Below, one piece after another: positions 18,801-26,743 of a stretch of DNA of 64,000 nt. Each line of letters begins with the position of its first letter. The first letter of the stretch is position 1. The DNA comes from an uncultured Fibrobacterota bacterium. Its GTDB lineage: Bacteria; Fibrobacterota; Chitinivibrionia; Chitinivibrionales; FEN-1185. The notes under the pieces are model-generated. The model saw nothing but the letters and a program-made list of their open reading frames with translations, ran no database searches and was not told the DNA's origin. The translations under genes were made by a program, and so were the position numbers. Location: contig CAVSQB010000016.1 in the NCBI GenBank assembly GCA_963729895.1, positions 64,001 to 128,000 on the forward strand, given 5' to 3'.

Positions 18801-18935
18801 CGGCACCCGGCTGGAATCCGCAGGAAGCGCGGCGCGCGCGGAATCCGGGCTGTTTATCGACGAGGGTGAATTTTCCCGGCTGAAACCTGGAACAAAGCAT
18901 GCGGCTATCACGGCGGCAATCAAAACGTATTTCAT
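15837..18935 (-). CDS. TonB-dependent receptor
   Basis: Signal peptide, carboxypeptidase-like N-domain, plug (ADALQRVPG, IRG, DAIGGTVNL), GNPDLKP and terminal Phe; CAGGAG RBS before ATG 18935. Confidence 0.92.
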   Translation of the reverse strand: MKYVLIAAVIAACFVPGFSRENSPSSINSPDSARAALPADSSRVPADSLASAKIADSSRHGIAADSGVHATDSLSAIKIPDSARSTAVVDSSAAAAAPGIITGRVMDGISQAVLSGVSISVSGASSPEAKSDKSGMFTIAYDTAGSYTLVFSFPDYLADTLPVKATGGEIRLPTVAMWNATKNLGKMVVVGKSEGQASAYNKQKNSDNLKNVVDAELIEKLPDQSTADALQRVPGISISRDQGEGKYVQIRGTEARLSTVTINGQSIASPDAQTRAVALNVIPADQLAEIEVSKVLTPDMDGDAIGGTVNLITSTAKDTNLRANLNLTPGYTQLSNTPIYQGSASISKRFLEDGRLGVFLGGSYYRDEKETQAIELDWDTSTYNPKGVGAAYLNTMQYRDYNKTNERIGVNGRLDYHFTAESNIFLVGSFNKYGVQEDRRTLGFDLEDQDARPMDDKDVVGEVPTTRSIKDTYKEQNIASATLGGAIKISDISIDGNVAYSYANSSEPDEMTVTFDRSSGSSYLFNHSNADRPTFEPINIFDYQSNILSGVEVFNYDSSFNNMKYLTMSSAKIENTQSSENSISGQCNIQKPFDLDFGNLEVKAGAKLLDHFKDQTLKVTTYYDTGRYKSPNLTSFVGSYSNNNFYNGLYAMNNMPDPGLVRAYLASPHYLNNVVNPGDRFVADPNNPLSSDPETFSARDFNGAGYGMGTLKMDRLTLLAGIRFEYTSMRYSGYGDSVNTSNNWAKTFTVDMYKNFFFPLPMVLAKYSPEKDMNIRASYTRSFSRPEWYDLVPHIVYNVDDNVRTAIEGNPDLKPTTSDNYDLSWEYFLTLNSRKSIVYAGTFFKQMHDYIFAAERDTFFNQSKSTWAYYTKANGGTANLAGLELELQFQFFFLPSFLSGFGINGNYIYTWSKTLIPELNQWTALPGQSEHVGNAALFYEKYGFSGRVALNYQSHCIVQLIDARDHFGSVYVDDHLQLDCSAAQKFSKHVTAIVEFKNLTNAPKKLYLLDPSHTTQMEYYGWSGLAGVRLSF

Positions 18936-19036
18936 AGACTCCTGGTTGGTGTTGTTGCGGTGATGCGGAACGGTTGGTGAAAAAGAGACGGCAGGGCCTG
19001 CCGTTCCCGGCAAACCCCGCCGTGGTACATGCACTT

Positions 19037-20755
19037 CTAGTTCTTCTCAACAAGGCTCGACTTCACAAGATCCGCGCACGTCGCCCGAAGCACATACACG
19101 CCCGCGGGAATATCTTTGAGGGATATCGACGCGGTGTGCACGCCGGCGGACATGGTGCCGTTGTCAAACGTGCGGACCAGTCTTCCGTTGGCGGAGTAAA
19201 GCCTCACTGTAGACCTCGCTGCGTACTCCTGGCTCCAGGAAAGCATGCGGACGTCGCCTTGTCCAGTGATCTTCAAGCCCGAGGCGGTTCTCCCGGCTGT
19301 CAGATTGTGATTGGCGATGCCCGTTGCACCCGTCGTGAAAACGCTTCCCTTGGGATCCGCAAGAGCCGACCATCCGGCCGCCCAGAGGGGCTGATTTGGG
19401 GCAAACGCGCCGCGATACGTGGTCTGGTCAAAGAACCCGCCAGTCGGGACCGTTCTGACATGAATGGTGGCCGGACCCGTTGCAGACGGACGTGGGTCCA
19501 GCAATCCCGTACGCGCCCAACCAAGTCCGCCAAGGCCTGGGTCGACAGTATCATTCATGAATGCTGGCGTAGTAGCATAGCTCTGAAGGAAGGGAAATCC
19601 TTCAAAAATGCTGTCGGTACCGTTGCCCAGACCAAAACCCCAGAAAATATCGTTCTTGATAACAAGGGTGCTGTCGTTGTCAAGATGATATCTGGAGCCC
19701 GTTGAATCTCCGGCGTCGAGATAATCTTCGACATACACGCCGTAATGTGAACACTGGGTGAGAATGGAATTGGAAAAGGTCCCGGCCGCTCTATCCTTTA
19801 TGTAAAGGCCATAATTGTATTTCCAGGTGTCGGGATTGTTCACGCCTGTTCCGATGAACGTGGCATTATAAACATGCGCGTTTGTAATAGGCGTATAACT
19901 GTAGTCGCCGCTTTCCCACTTCGACATGCAGCCGTTCTTGGTGCTGCTGGTGATAACAGTCTGAATGTTGAAAACATATTGCAGGTTGCCCGTATACCCG
20001 CCCTGAAGCATGAGCGCGTCACCGGCCTGGAATGCGCTGATAAGATATTTTGCATTGACCGTGCCGCCGGTAAAATTGAGTCCGTCTTCGTTGCACATAA
20101 AGGCTTCACAATGGTCAACCACCGTCCCGGCCCCAACACCGCAAAACATGAGCCCTTTGATCTCCGACATATCCGCGGCGCCCATGTAGCGAACAGAAAC
20201 ATATTCAAAAACGCCTGACGTATCGTACATGTTCTTTGCCAGTGTTGTAGCTGACGTTAGGTTGCCGGAATCGCCGAAGGTGATCCAGCTCGTGTCGGTA
20301 ATCGTAATGTCCGAAGCGTAGCTGTTGTCTACACCGCCTGGCGTGTTACAGGGCGCTCTCCCATATACATTGATTCCGCCCCAGAGACCGCGTGAGTTGT
20401 CGCTGATCGCCAGCGGCTGATGGGAGCCGGTGTCGAGGATTGACGTGAAAATGATAGGCTGTGCTGCTGTACCTGTGGCATACACACGACCGTCACGCGC
20501 AACAATAAGCATGGAGACAGAGTCTGAAACCGGCGCCCCGGCGCCATAGATCATTGTACCGGCCTGGATATTAAGCCGGGATCCGGCCTTTACAACGACT
20601 TTGCCATGGAGAACATAGGAGTTAGTGTTCGTCCATGACACCGTTGCCCCGGCTGGAATGCTTGCGTTTGAGACGTCGATCCGGGCCGCCGAAACCTGAG
20701 CGGCGAGCGCGGCCGTTGCCAGAACCCCGAGAACTGCGGAACGCTTGCGAAACAT
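19037..20755 (-). CDS. secreted beta-helix protein with C-terminal sorting/FlgD-Ig-like domain
   Basis: Signal peptide; PIIFTS, WGGINVYGRAP and SGVFEYVSVRYMG; C-terminal LYSANGRLVRT...PAGVYVLR; GGAGG RBS before ATG 20755. Confidence 0.8.
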   Translation of the reverse strand: MFRKRSAVLGVLATAALAAQVSAARIDVSNASIPAGATVSWTNTNSYVLHGKVVVKAGSRLNIQAGTMIYGAGAPVSDSVSMLIVARDGRVYATGTAAQPIIFTSILDTGSHQPLAISDNSRGLWGGINVYGRAPCNTPGGVDNSYASDITITDTSWITFGDSGNLTSATTLAKNMYDTSGVFEYVSVRYMGAADMSEIKGLMFCGVGAGTVVDHCEAFMCNEDGLNFTGGTVNAKYLISAFQAGDALMLQGGYTGNLQYVFNIQTVITSSTKNGCMSKWESGDYSYTPITNAHVYNATFIGTGVNNPDTWKYNYGLYIKDRAAGTFSNSILTQCSHYGVYVEDYLDAGDSTGSRYHLDNDSTLVIKNDIFWGFGLGNGTDSIFEGFPFLQSYATTPAFMNDTVDPGLGGLGWARTGLLDPRPSATGPATIHVRTVPTGGFFDQTTYRGAFAPNQPLWAAGWSALADPKGSVFTTGATGIANHNLTAGRTASGLKITGQGDVRMLSWSQEYAARSTVRLYSANGRLVRTFDNGTMSAGVHTASISLKDIPAGVYVLRATCADLVKSSLVEKN

Positions 20756-20832
20756 GGAACCTCCTGGAATGATTGTGAAGTAATTCGACAAAGATACTAA
20801 TCGATCTCTCTCACAAAAAAATACCCGAAATT

Positions 20833-20860
20833 TGTTAGAATGCTGTTCGATCACCGTCAG
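20833..20860 (-). promoter_or_regulatory. 11-bp-periodic tandem boxes
   Basis: Minus strand CTGACG-N5-CGAACA-N5-CTAACA upstream of 20755. Confidence 0.55.
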
Positions 20861-20906
20861 TTCTTTGTGTTCGTGAAATAATCCGTTGCCGGGAACAGGC
20901 ACGCTC

Positions 20907-20956
20907 CTAACTGTTTTCTAGCAATAACCGAACGGCACGCACACGCACATCGAGCA
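20907..20956 (+). promoter_or_regulatory. 11-bp-periodic tandem boxes
   Basis: CTAACT-N5-CTAGCA-N5-CGAACG-N5-CACACG-N5-CGAGCA upstream of the Ton operon. Confidence 0.5.
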
Positions 20957-21142
20957 TTTTGTGATACTCGAACTGTTTGGTGCATGGAAGAACCGTATTG
21001 TTCACATTTATATAATATCGCCGTGCATCGATAGCCTTCCGTTGGATCAGCGTGAGAATTTGGTTATCGAGCCATGACCAGGCACGTTTTGCACATGTAA
21101 ATTAATGGTCCCGCTGCGCCCGTACCTCATCAGGAGAATGGG

Positions 21143-21970
21143 ATGAAACGATTTCTCGTTTGTTCCGGTTTAATCGCATGTATCTGCATCGGCCCGTCGG
21201 CCGCGGGGGAAGTTCCCGACCAATCCTCGGACATCGAATCCGAAACGCACCGGCTGCAAAAGGAGCTCCGGCAGATCGAGGCGCAGCGGCAGACGAACCG
21301 GCAGGACATGGAAACCGACCGCCGCGATTTTTCCGACTATCGCTCCCGTACCGACAAGCGTCTCACCCTGATGCGTTCGGACATAGATTCGCTCAAGCGG
21401 GAAACCGTGCGCAACCAGTCGCGCAGCGATTCGCTGGGCGCCCTCATCCAATCCGCCCAGTCGAGAAAGCGGGAAGTCGAGCTCTCCCGGGACCGGCTAC
21501 GGGGCCGGGTGATTGCTTCGTGCGACAACCTGGATGCCGCCGCGCTCTGCCTTTCTCCCCAGAGCCTCGGCAGGATCAGGGCGTCCATTGCTCTTGTCAA
21601 AAATGATCTCGCAACAAGAACGATCGAATGCGCGGAAGGATTTGCCAGGCTTGCGCAGATTGTGGGCCTGATGCGGGACGCCACCGGATCAATCCAGACG
21701 AGTACGGAGAATTCGCCGGTTCCCGATATCAGGGGAACAGCGGTGCGCCTGCGCGTGGGCTGCATCATGGATGCGGTGGCGGATTCCAAAGGGACCGTCT
21801 GCTACCTCTGGAGCGGAAACAAAGCCGACGGCTCTCCTGTTTGGAGGGCTGCCGCCGACAAGACCGCGGCCCCGGAGATCGTTCGAGCCGTTGCGGTTCG
21901 AGAAGGCAAGGCGTTGCCTGCGTTTGTCGATCTTCCCCTCGCAGCCGCACAGATGGGGGTCGCGCCGTGA
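21143..21970 (+). CDS. DUF3450-like coiled-coil periplasmic protein
   Basis: Signal peptide, long coiled coil, LRVG and FVDLP C-terminus; first gene of the Ton operon. Confidence 0.7.
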   Translation: MKRFLVCSGLIACICIGPSAAGEVPDQSSDIESETHRLQKELRQIEAQRQTNRQDMETDRRDFSDYRSRTDKRLTLMRSDIDSLKRETVRNQSRSDSLGALIQSAQSRKREVELSRDRLRGRVIASCDNLDAAALCLSPQSLGRIRASIALVKNDLATRTIECAEGFARLAQIVGLMRDATGSIQTSTENSPVPDIRGTAVRLRVGCIMDAVADSKGTVCYLWSGNKADGSPVWRAAADKTAAPEIVRAVAVREGKALPAFVDLPLAAAQMGVAP

Positions 21971-23439
21971 AAAACCATTGGATACTTTCCATAGTTATAA
22001 CACTGTCTTTCGTGTTCCTCGCGTCGGCATCAAAGAAAGACGAGCATGATCTCAAGGAGAAACAGGCCGGGCTCGACGCAGTGAAGGCCGAAGTGGAAGA
22101 CGGCCGCGACTCTCTGGAAAACGAGGTCGCGCGCCGTTACGGGCTTAAGCAGAAGCTCGTGGACCAGCGGGAGGCCGACAAACAGGAAATGGACCGGCTT
22201 CGGGACGCCCAGGAGCGGGCGGCAAACGAACTCGCTCGCGTCAAGGAAGAATGCCTGGCCCGCGAACAAACCGTGGCCGACGAACGCAAGGCCGCCCAGG
22301 CCGCGGTTGAAGAATGGTCGAACGTGAAAGTGGCGCTTTCCGACGCGTTCAAAAAAGAGGCGGACGCGGTCCTTGAGGCCTTTCCCCTGGACCGCGAAAC
22401 GCGGCGGCAGGCCCTGGAGAAGGTCCGCGCGGAATTTGCCGGAAAGCAAGACCCGTCGCAGGCGTGGGATGATTTTGTCGCCTACGCGTGCGACGATTTC
22501 CGCACGGGCGCAAGAGTTTCCCTTGTCACCGGCGACGTGCTCCCCGACCAGGGCGCGCCGGTGCATTTGACCATGGCGCGGTTCGGCAATGTGTTTGCCC
22601 TCGGCGTGGATCAATCGGGCCAGGCGTTTCTCATCCGGCAGACCGGGCGGCTCGGGGCCGAAAAGTATTCGGTTGAAAAAATCGGATCACCCTCCTATTC
22701 CGCGTACGTGAGCGGCGTGTTCGGCGAATGGCTGAAAGCCGGAAGACCCCTGGGACTCGTTAAGACCGAAATCCTTCAGAACGACCAGAGCCGCCTTCTG
22801 GTATCGGGCAAGAAGCGGTCGTTCTGGGCGGACCTGTACGCGTCGTTCAAGGCGGGCGGCCTCATCATGATTCCGCTGCTGTTCCTGCCGCTGTGGGTCC
22901 TCTACCTGACGTTCAGGAAAGGCTTCCAGCTTGTGGCTCGGCGGCGGTCGTACCAGCGGTGCCACAAGGAGGCAATGACCTTAATTGACAAGGGAAACTA
23001 TGACGCGGCGTTGGAATACGCGAAACGCAAGAAGGGCGTGATGGCGCGCGTGCTGGAGATCTGCCTTGAGCGAAAGGAGCACGGCCGCCACGTAAGCGAG
23101 CGAGCGGTGCGGGAGCAGATCATGCAGGAAATACCCGTGCTGTCGCGCGGGATCAACACCATTGCGGTGATCGCCGGGGCGGCTCCGCTCATGGGGCTTT
23201 TGGGCACCATCAGCGGCATGATAACCCTGTTTGCCGCGGTGACCCATTACGGGACCGGCGACCCGAAATTCCTTGCCGGCGGCATTTCCGAAGCCTTGAT
23301 AACCGCCAAAACCGGGCTCGCGATAGCGATTCCCGCCCTGTTTATCCACGACATTATCCGAAACGGAAAAGACCGGCTGCTCGCCGAAATAGAACAACTG
23401 TCCATTTCGGTGATGACCCACATCTGGCCGGAGGAGTAA
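21967..23439 (+). CDS. exbB: MotA/TolQ/ExbB proton channel with long periplasmic coiled-coil N-domain
   Basis: GTG overlaps the upstream TGA; APLMGLLGTISGMI and GISEALITAKTGLAIAIP. Confidence 0.85.
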   Translation: MKNHWILSIVITLSFVFLASASKKDEHDLKEKQAGLDAVKAEVEDGRDSLENEVARRYGLKQKLVDQREADKQEMDRLRDAQERAANELARVKEECLAREQTVADERKAAQAAVEEWSNVKVALSDAFKKEADAVLEAFPLDRETRRQALEKVRAEFAGKQDPSQAWDDFVAYACDDFRTGARVSLVTGDVLPDQGAPVHLTMARFGNVFALGVDQSGQAFLIRQTGRLGAEKYSVEKIGSPSYSAYVSGVFGEWLKAGRPLGLVKTEILQNDQSRLLVSGKKRSFWADLYASFKAGGLIMIPLLFLPLWVLYLTFRKGFQLVARRRSYQRCHKEAMTLIDKGNYDAALEYAKRKKGVMARVLEICLERKEHGRHVSERAVREQIMQEIPVLSRGINTIAVIAGAAPLMGLLGTISGMITLFAAVTHYGTGDPKFLAGGISEALITAKTGLAIAIPALFIHDIIRNGKDRLLAEIEQLSISVMTHIWPEE

Positions 23440-23442
23440 CGC

Positions 23443-24477
23443 GTGGCCGTGTGGGACGTCTTTTCCTCGCTGTTCACGGAGGGCGGATGGGTTCTCTATC
23501 CCATTTTTTTCATATCGGTATACGCCTGGTTTATCGCCTCGGGAAAGCTTTGGCTGTATCGCCGCGTTCGCAGGGCGCGGAAACAGTTTCTCGCACGTCT
23601 CGAAAACGGGGATTTCTCCGCACGCACCGGCTACCCGCTCTACGACGCCCTGCTCTCAAAACTCTCCGGGCACAACGACGCCCGGCGCCGGGAACGTTCG
23701 CTGGAGGAATTCGTTTCCGAACTCTCCCCGCGGCTTAATGCCGGTTTGTCTACGATGGCCGCATGCATCGTGGTCGCGCCGCTTCTGGGGCTCCTGGGGA
23801 CCATCAGCGGCATGAACCAGATGTTCGCGATCATCGGGGAGTTCGGGTTCGGCAGCCCCACCATCATGGCCAGCGGCATCAGCATGGCGCTCAAGGCCAC
23901 GCTCACCGGACTGGCGGTGGCCGTGGTTGCGCTCTTCTTCCTCGATCAATTGACAAGCAGAAAAACGGCGCTCTTGGCAACCGTGGCGCACGATGCCAGG
24001 TTACTCGCTCACGAGGCCCGGTTGACAGCCGGGTCCGGCCAAACCATTCAGAGAAAGGGAGAATCCATGAACTCCGCGTACCACCTGATTCCCGAACACG
24101 AGGAAAAGCCCGACATCAATCTCGCCCCGTTTGTGGACACGATCATGATTCTGCTGATCTTTTTCGTGGTCACGGCAAACCTGTACGTCGAGACCGGCAT
24201 CGACGTCACGAAACCCAGGGCCCAATCGGCCACCCCGTCGAGCCAGAAAGCGATGCTGGTGGGAATTACGCGAGAGGGCACCTGCCACGTTTACGGGCGA
24301 CAGGTATCTCTTGACAAACTAAAACTGCTCGTTGAGCAGGAATCGGCCAAGCAACCGGACCTTCCTGTCGTCATTATCGCCGACCGCGAGACGCAAACAG
24401 GCAAGACGGTCGAGGTGATGGACCAGTGCGCGCTCGGCGGCGCCCAGAAAATCTCGATTGCGGCGGGGAAGGATTAA
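23443..24477 (+). CDS. ExbB-ExbD fusion (internal in-frame start at 24067)
   Basis: APLLGLLGTISGM and GISMALKATLTGL, then INLAPFVDTIMILLIFF and IIAD, all in one frame. Confidence 0.82.
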   Translation: MAVWDVFSSLFTEGGWVLYPIFFISVYAWFIASGKLWLYRRVRRARKQFLARLENGDFSARTGYPLYDALLSKLSGHNDARRRERSLEEFVSELSPRLNAGLSTMAACIVVAPLLGLLGTISGMNQMFAIIGEFGFGSPTIMASGISMALKATLTGLAVAVVALFFLDQLTSRKTALLATVAHDARLLAHEARLTAGSGQTIQRKGESMNSAYHLIPEHEEKPDINLAPFVDTIMILLIFFVVTANLYVETGIDVTKPRAQSATPSSQKAMLVGITREGTCHVYGRQVSLDKLKLLVEQESAKQPDLPVVIIADRETQTGKTVEVMDQCALGGAQKISIAAGKD

Positions 24478-24504
24478 CAGGTTGCCAAGAAGGTGTCAAC
24501 GGCA

Positions 24505-25161
24505 ATGGGTGAAGGTTCTTTCCTTATGATAGCAAACGTTCCGGGCCCCGTTGTGCGCCTGTGCCTTGCGCTGGCCGCCAGCTTTCTCGTGTTCACGCTG
24601 GTTTCCTTCCTTCACGGATTTTTCGGCGACGCGTTGCAGAAAAAGCAGCCGGCGGTCCGCCCCCAGGTTGTGGCTGTTACCGTGCCCAAAAAACACGAAG
24701 AGGAACCCAAACCGTTGCAGCGCATCCGAATTGTCAAGGCGCCCAGCGGCAGATCGGGAAACACGGGCGGGGGCCAGTCCGGCATGCGGTTCGTGCCCGA
24801 TCTCGGCGCGGAATCCGGTCCCGATAATGCAAACGGGGTCGCGCTGGGATCGCAGGACCTCGGCGCGGAGGTGTTCGAAGAGGGGCAAACCGACGAAGCC
24901 GCGGTTCCGGTGTATACGCCCTCTGTTCCGTTTCCCGACCAGGCGAGGGAGATGAATATCGAGGGTACGGTGAAAGCGATCTTCGTGGTAAATTACCTTG
25001 GCAAAGTAACCTCCGTTGATGTGGTGAAAAGCCCGCACCAATTGTTCACTCGTGAGGTCAGAAGGGTGCTTTCGACGTGGCGCTTTAAGCCCGCTAAAAA
25101 CAAGGGCGTTCCCGTAAATGTGCGGTTCAGCAAAGAAATAGAGTTTACGCTCGAACAATGA
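24505..25161 (+). CDS. tonB: energy transducer TonB
   Basis: N-terminal TM, linker, and C-terminal FPxxARxxxIEGTV...WRFKPA. Confidence 0.85.
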   Translation: MGEGSFLMIANVPGPVVRLCLALAASFLVFTLVSFLHGFFGDALQKKQPAVRPQVVAVTVPKKHEEEPKPLQRIRIVKAPSGRSGNTGGGQSGMRFVPDLGAESGPDNANGVALGSQDLGAEVFEEGQTDEAAVPVYTPSVPFPDQAREMNIEGTVKAIFVVNYLGKVTSVDVVKSPHQLFTREVRRVLSTWRFKPAKNKGVPVNVRFSKEIEFTLEQ

Positions 25162-25182
25162 CTCCGCCGGGATGAGGTACAG

Positions 25183-26175
25183 GTGGAATTACGTATTCAT
25201 CCGTCTTGTGTTGAACGGAAAATCCGGCAGTGCTCCCCGCCGGCAATTTTCCTCGCGCTTGCGCTTGTGTTGTCATTTGGAAAGACCGTATCCTGCTCCC
25301 TGCTCGATAATGCGAATGCGTTGTACGCGGCGGGTAAACTTTCCGATGCCATCCGGCTCTACAAGAAAGCGTCATTGTCGGGAGAGAATCCGGCCTTGTG
25401 CTCCTATAACGCCGCCAACGCATATTACCAGCTCGACAGCCTGCCGCGGGCCGTGGTTTACTATCGCGCCTGTATCAACGCGGCGCCCGGATTCTACAAA
25501 GCCTATGTTAATCTTGCGGTCGTGTATTTCACGCTCAACGATATGGGCAATTGCATTGCGACAATCCGCGAAGGACTCAGGCTCGAACCGAATCAACAAA
25601 AAGGGATGCTCCTGCTTGCCGCCGCGTACCGACGGTGCGGAGCGATCGCCCAGAGTATCGCGACCTTCGAGGATCTGGCCCATGGCTTTCCCGACATGGA
25701 AGAACCCTACACTGCTTTAGGGGAGCAGTACCGTGATCTGGACGATCCGGTAATGGCCATACGCTGGTTCGAATCGTATCCCTCGGGCGGAAAGAACGGC
25801 GCCTACGTCGCGCTGGGCCTGGCCGACCTGTACGAATCCACCGGAAACCTTGAGCGGGCGCTGTACTATCTCGACCGGTCCTACAATTTCGACAAATCGA
25901 AGAAGTGGACGTTGTATCGCATTGCCCTTATGCAACAAAAGATGGGCAACGAACTTGTGGCGCTGGAAACCGCCCGGACCGCTTTGGAGATGTTTCCCGA
26001 TTTTCCCCAGCTCGCCATTCTTGCCGGAACAATATCCTTCTCGCGGGGCTACCTTGCCGAGGCCGAGAAGTATTTCGGCATGGCGGAAAAGATGGGAAGC
26101 CCGGACGCAATCGTGGGGCTTGCCAACGTGAAGAACAAGCGGAAGGCGCTTGAAGAGGTGGAGGCCGGTCGATAA
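25183..26175 (+). CDS. tetratricopeptide-repeat protein
   Basis: Repeated TPR helices (YNAANAYY, AYVNLAVVYF, ALGEQY). Confidence 0.8.
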   Translation: MELRIHPSCVERKIRQCSPPAIFLALALVLSFGKTVSCSLLDNANALYAAGKLSDAIRLYKKASLSGENPALCSYNAANAYYQLDSLPRAVVYYRACINAAPGFYKAYVNLAVVYFTLNDMGNCIATIREGLRLEPNQQKGMLLLAAAYRRCGAIAQSIATFEDLAHGFPDMEEPYTALGEQYRDLDDPVMAIRWFESYPSGGKNGAYVALGLADLYESTGNLERALYYLDRSYNFDKSKKWTLYRIALMQQKMGNELVALETARTALEMFPDFPQLAILAGTISFSRGYLAEAEKYFGMAEKMGSPDAIVGLANVKNKRKALEEVEAGR

Positions 26176-26206
26176 GAGGCGGGATTGTTTCAATTTGCAA
26201 AAGCAA

Positions 26207-26668
26207 CTAGAACAAGTCTTCTTTATTGAAATTCAGCCCACCATTAATTGTTTCGGCAAAGGATTTTACTTTTAGTTCAATTGCATCTCTCACAGCCCTT
26301 GTCTTTGCCATAATTTCTTCTTTTGAGCCGGTAAACCGGCCGGGGTCATCAAAAGGCCAGTGCAGCCTTACGGATACGCCCGGGAAAATCGGACAACGCT
26401 CGGCGGCTTCCCTGTCGCACACGGATATGACATACGAGAAAACCTGGTTTTGCCTGTAAAGATCGAATGCACTCTTGGTTTTGTTATTCGAAATATCGAT
26501 ACCCAGTTCCTGCATTGCCTCAACTACATTCCGATTCAGCGCACCGGCTTCAAGTCCGGCGCTCGTTGCTTCAAATTTGTCAGGATAATACTTATTCAGG
26601 AACGCCTCCGCCATCTGGCTCCGGGCGGAATTGTGAACGCATAGAAACAGCACTCGAATTCTATCCAT
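26207..26668 (-). CDS. arsC: thioredoxin-type arsenate reductase (LMW-PTP fold)
   Basis: [18 protein letters not shown]...ERCP and WPFDDP. Confidence 0.88.
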   Translation of the reverse strand: MDRIRVLFLCVHNSARSQMAEAFLNKYYPDKFEATSAGLEAGALNRNVVEAMQELGIDISNNKTKSAFDLYRQNQVFSYVISVCDREAAERCPIFPGVSVRLHWPFDDPGRFTGSKEEIMAKTRAVRDAIELKVKSFAETINGGLNFNKEDLF

Positions 26669-26743
26669 GACACTTCCCTTTTATCCGGCGGAGAAATTGA
26701 ATTTCTTGATTTTAAAATAGAGTGGCGCCATTAGAATACTGTT

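Noticed and set aside
21079..21093. GGCACGTTTTGC as a sigma54 promoter
   Set aside because: GG to GC spacing is 8, not the required 10.
21628..21966. N-terminal extension of the ExbB ORF
   Set aside because: Overlaps the upstream gene; the signal peptide begins at GTG 21967.
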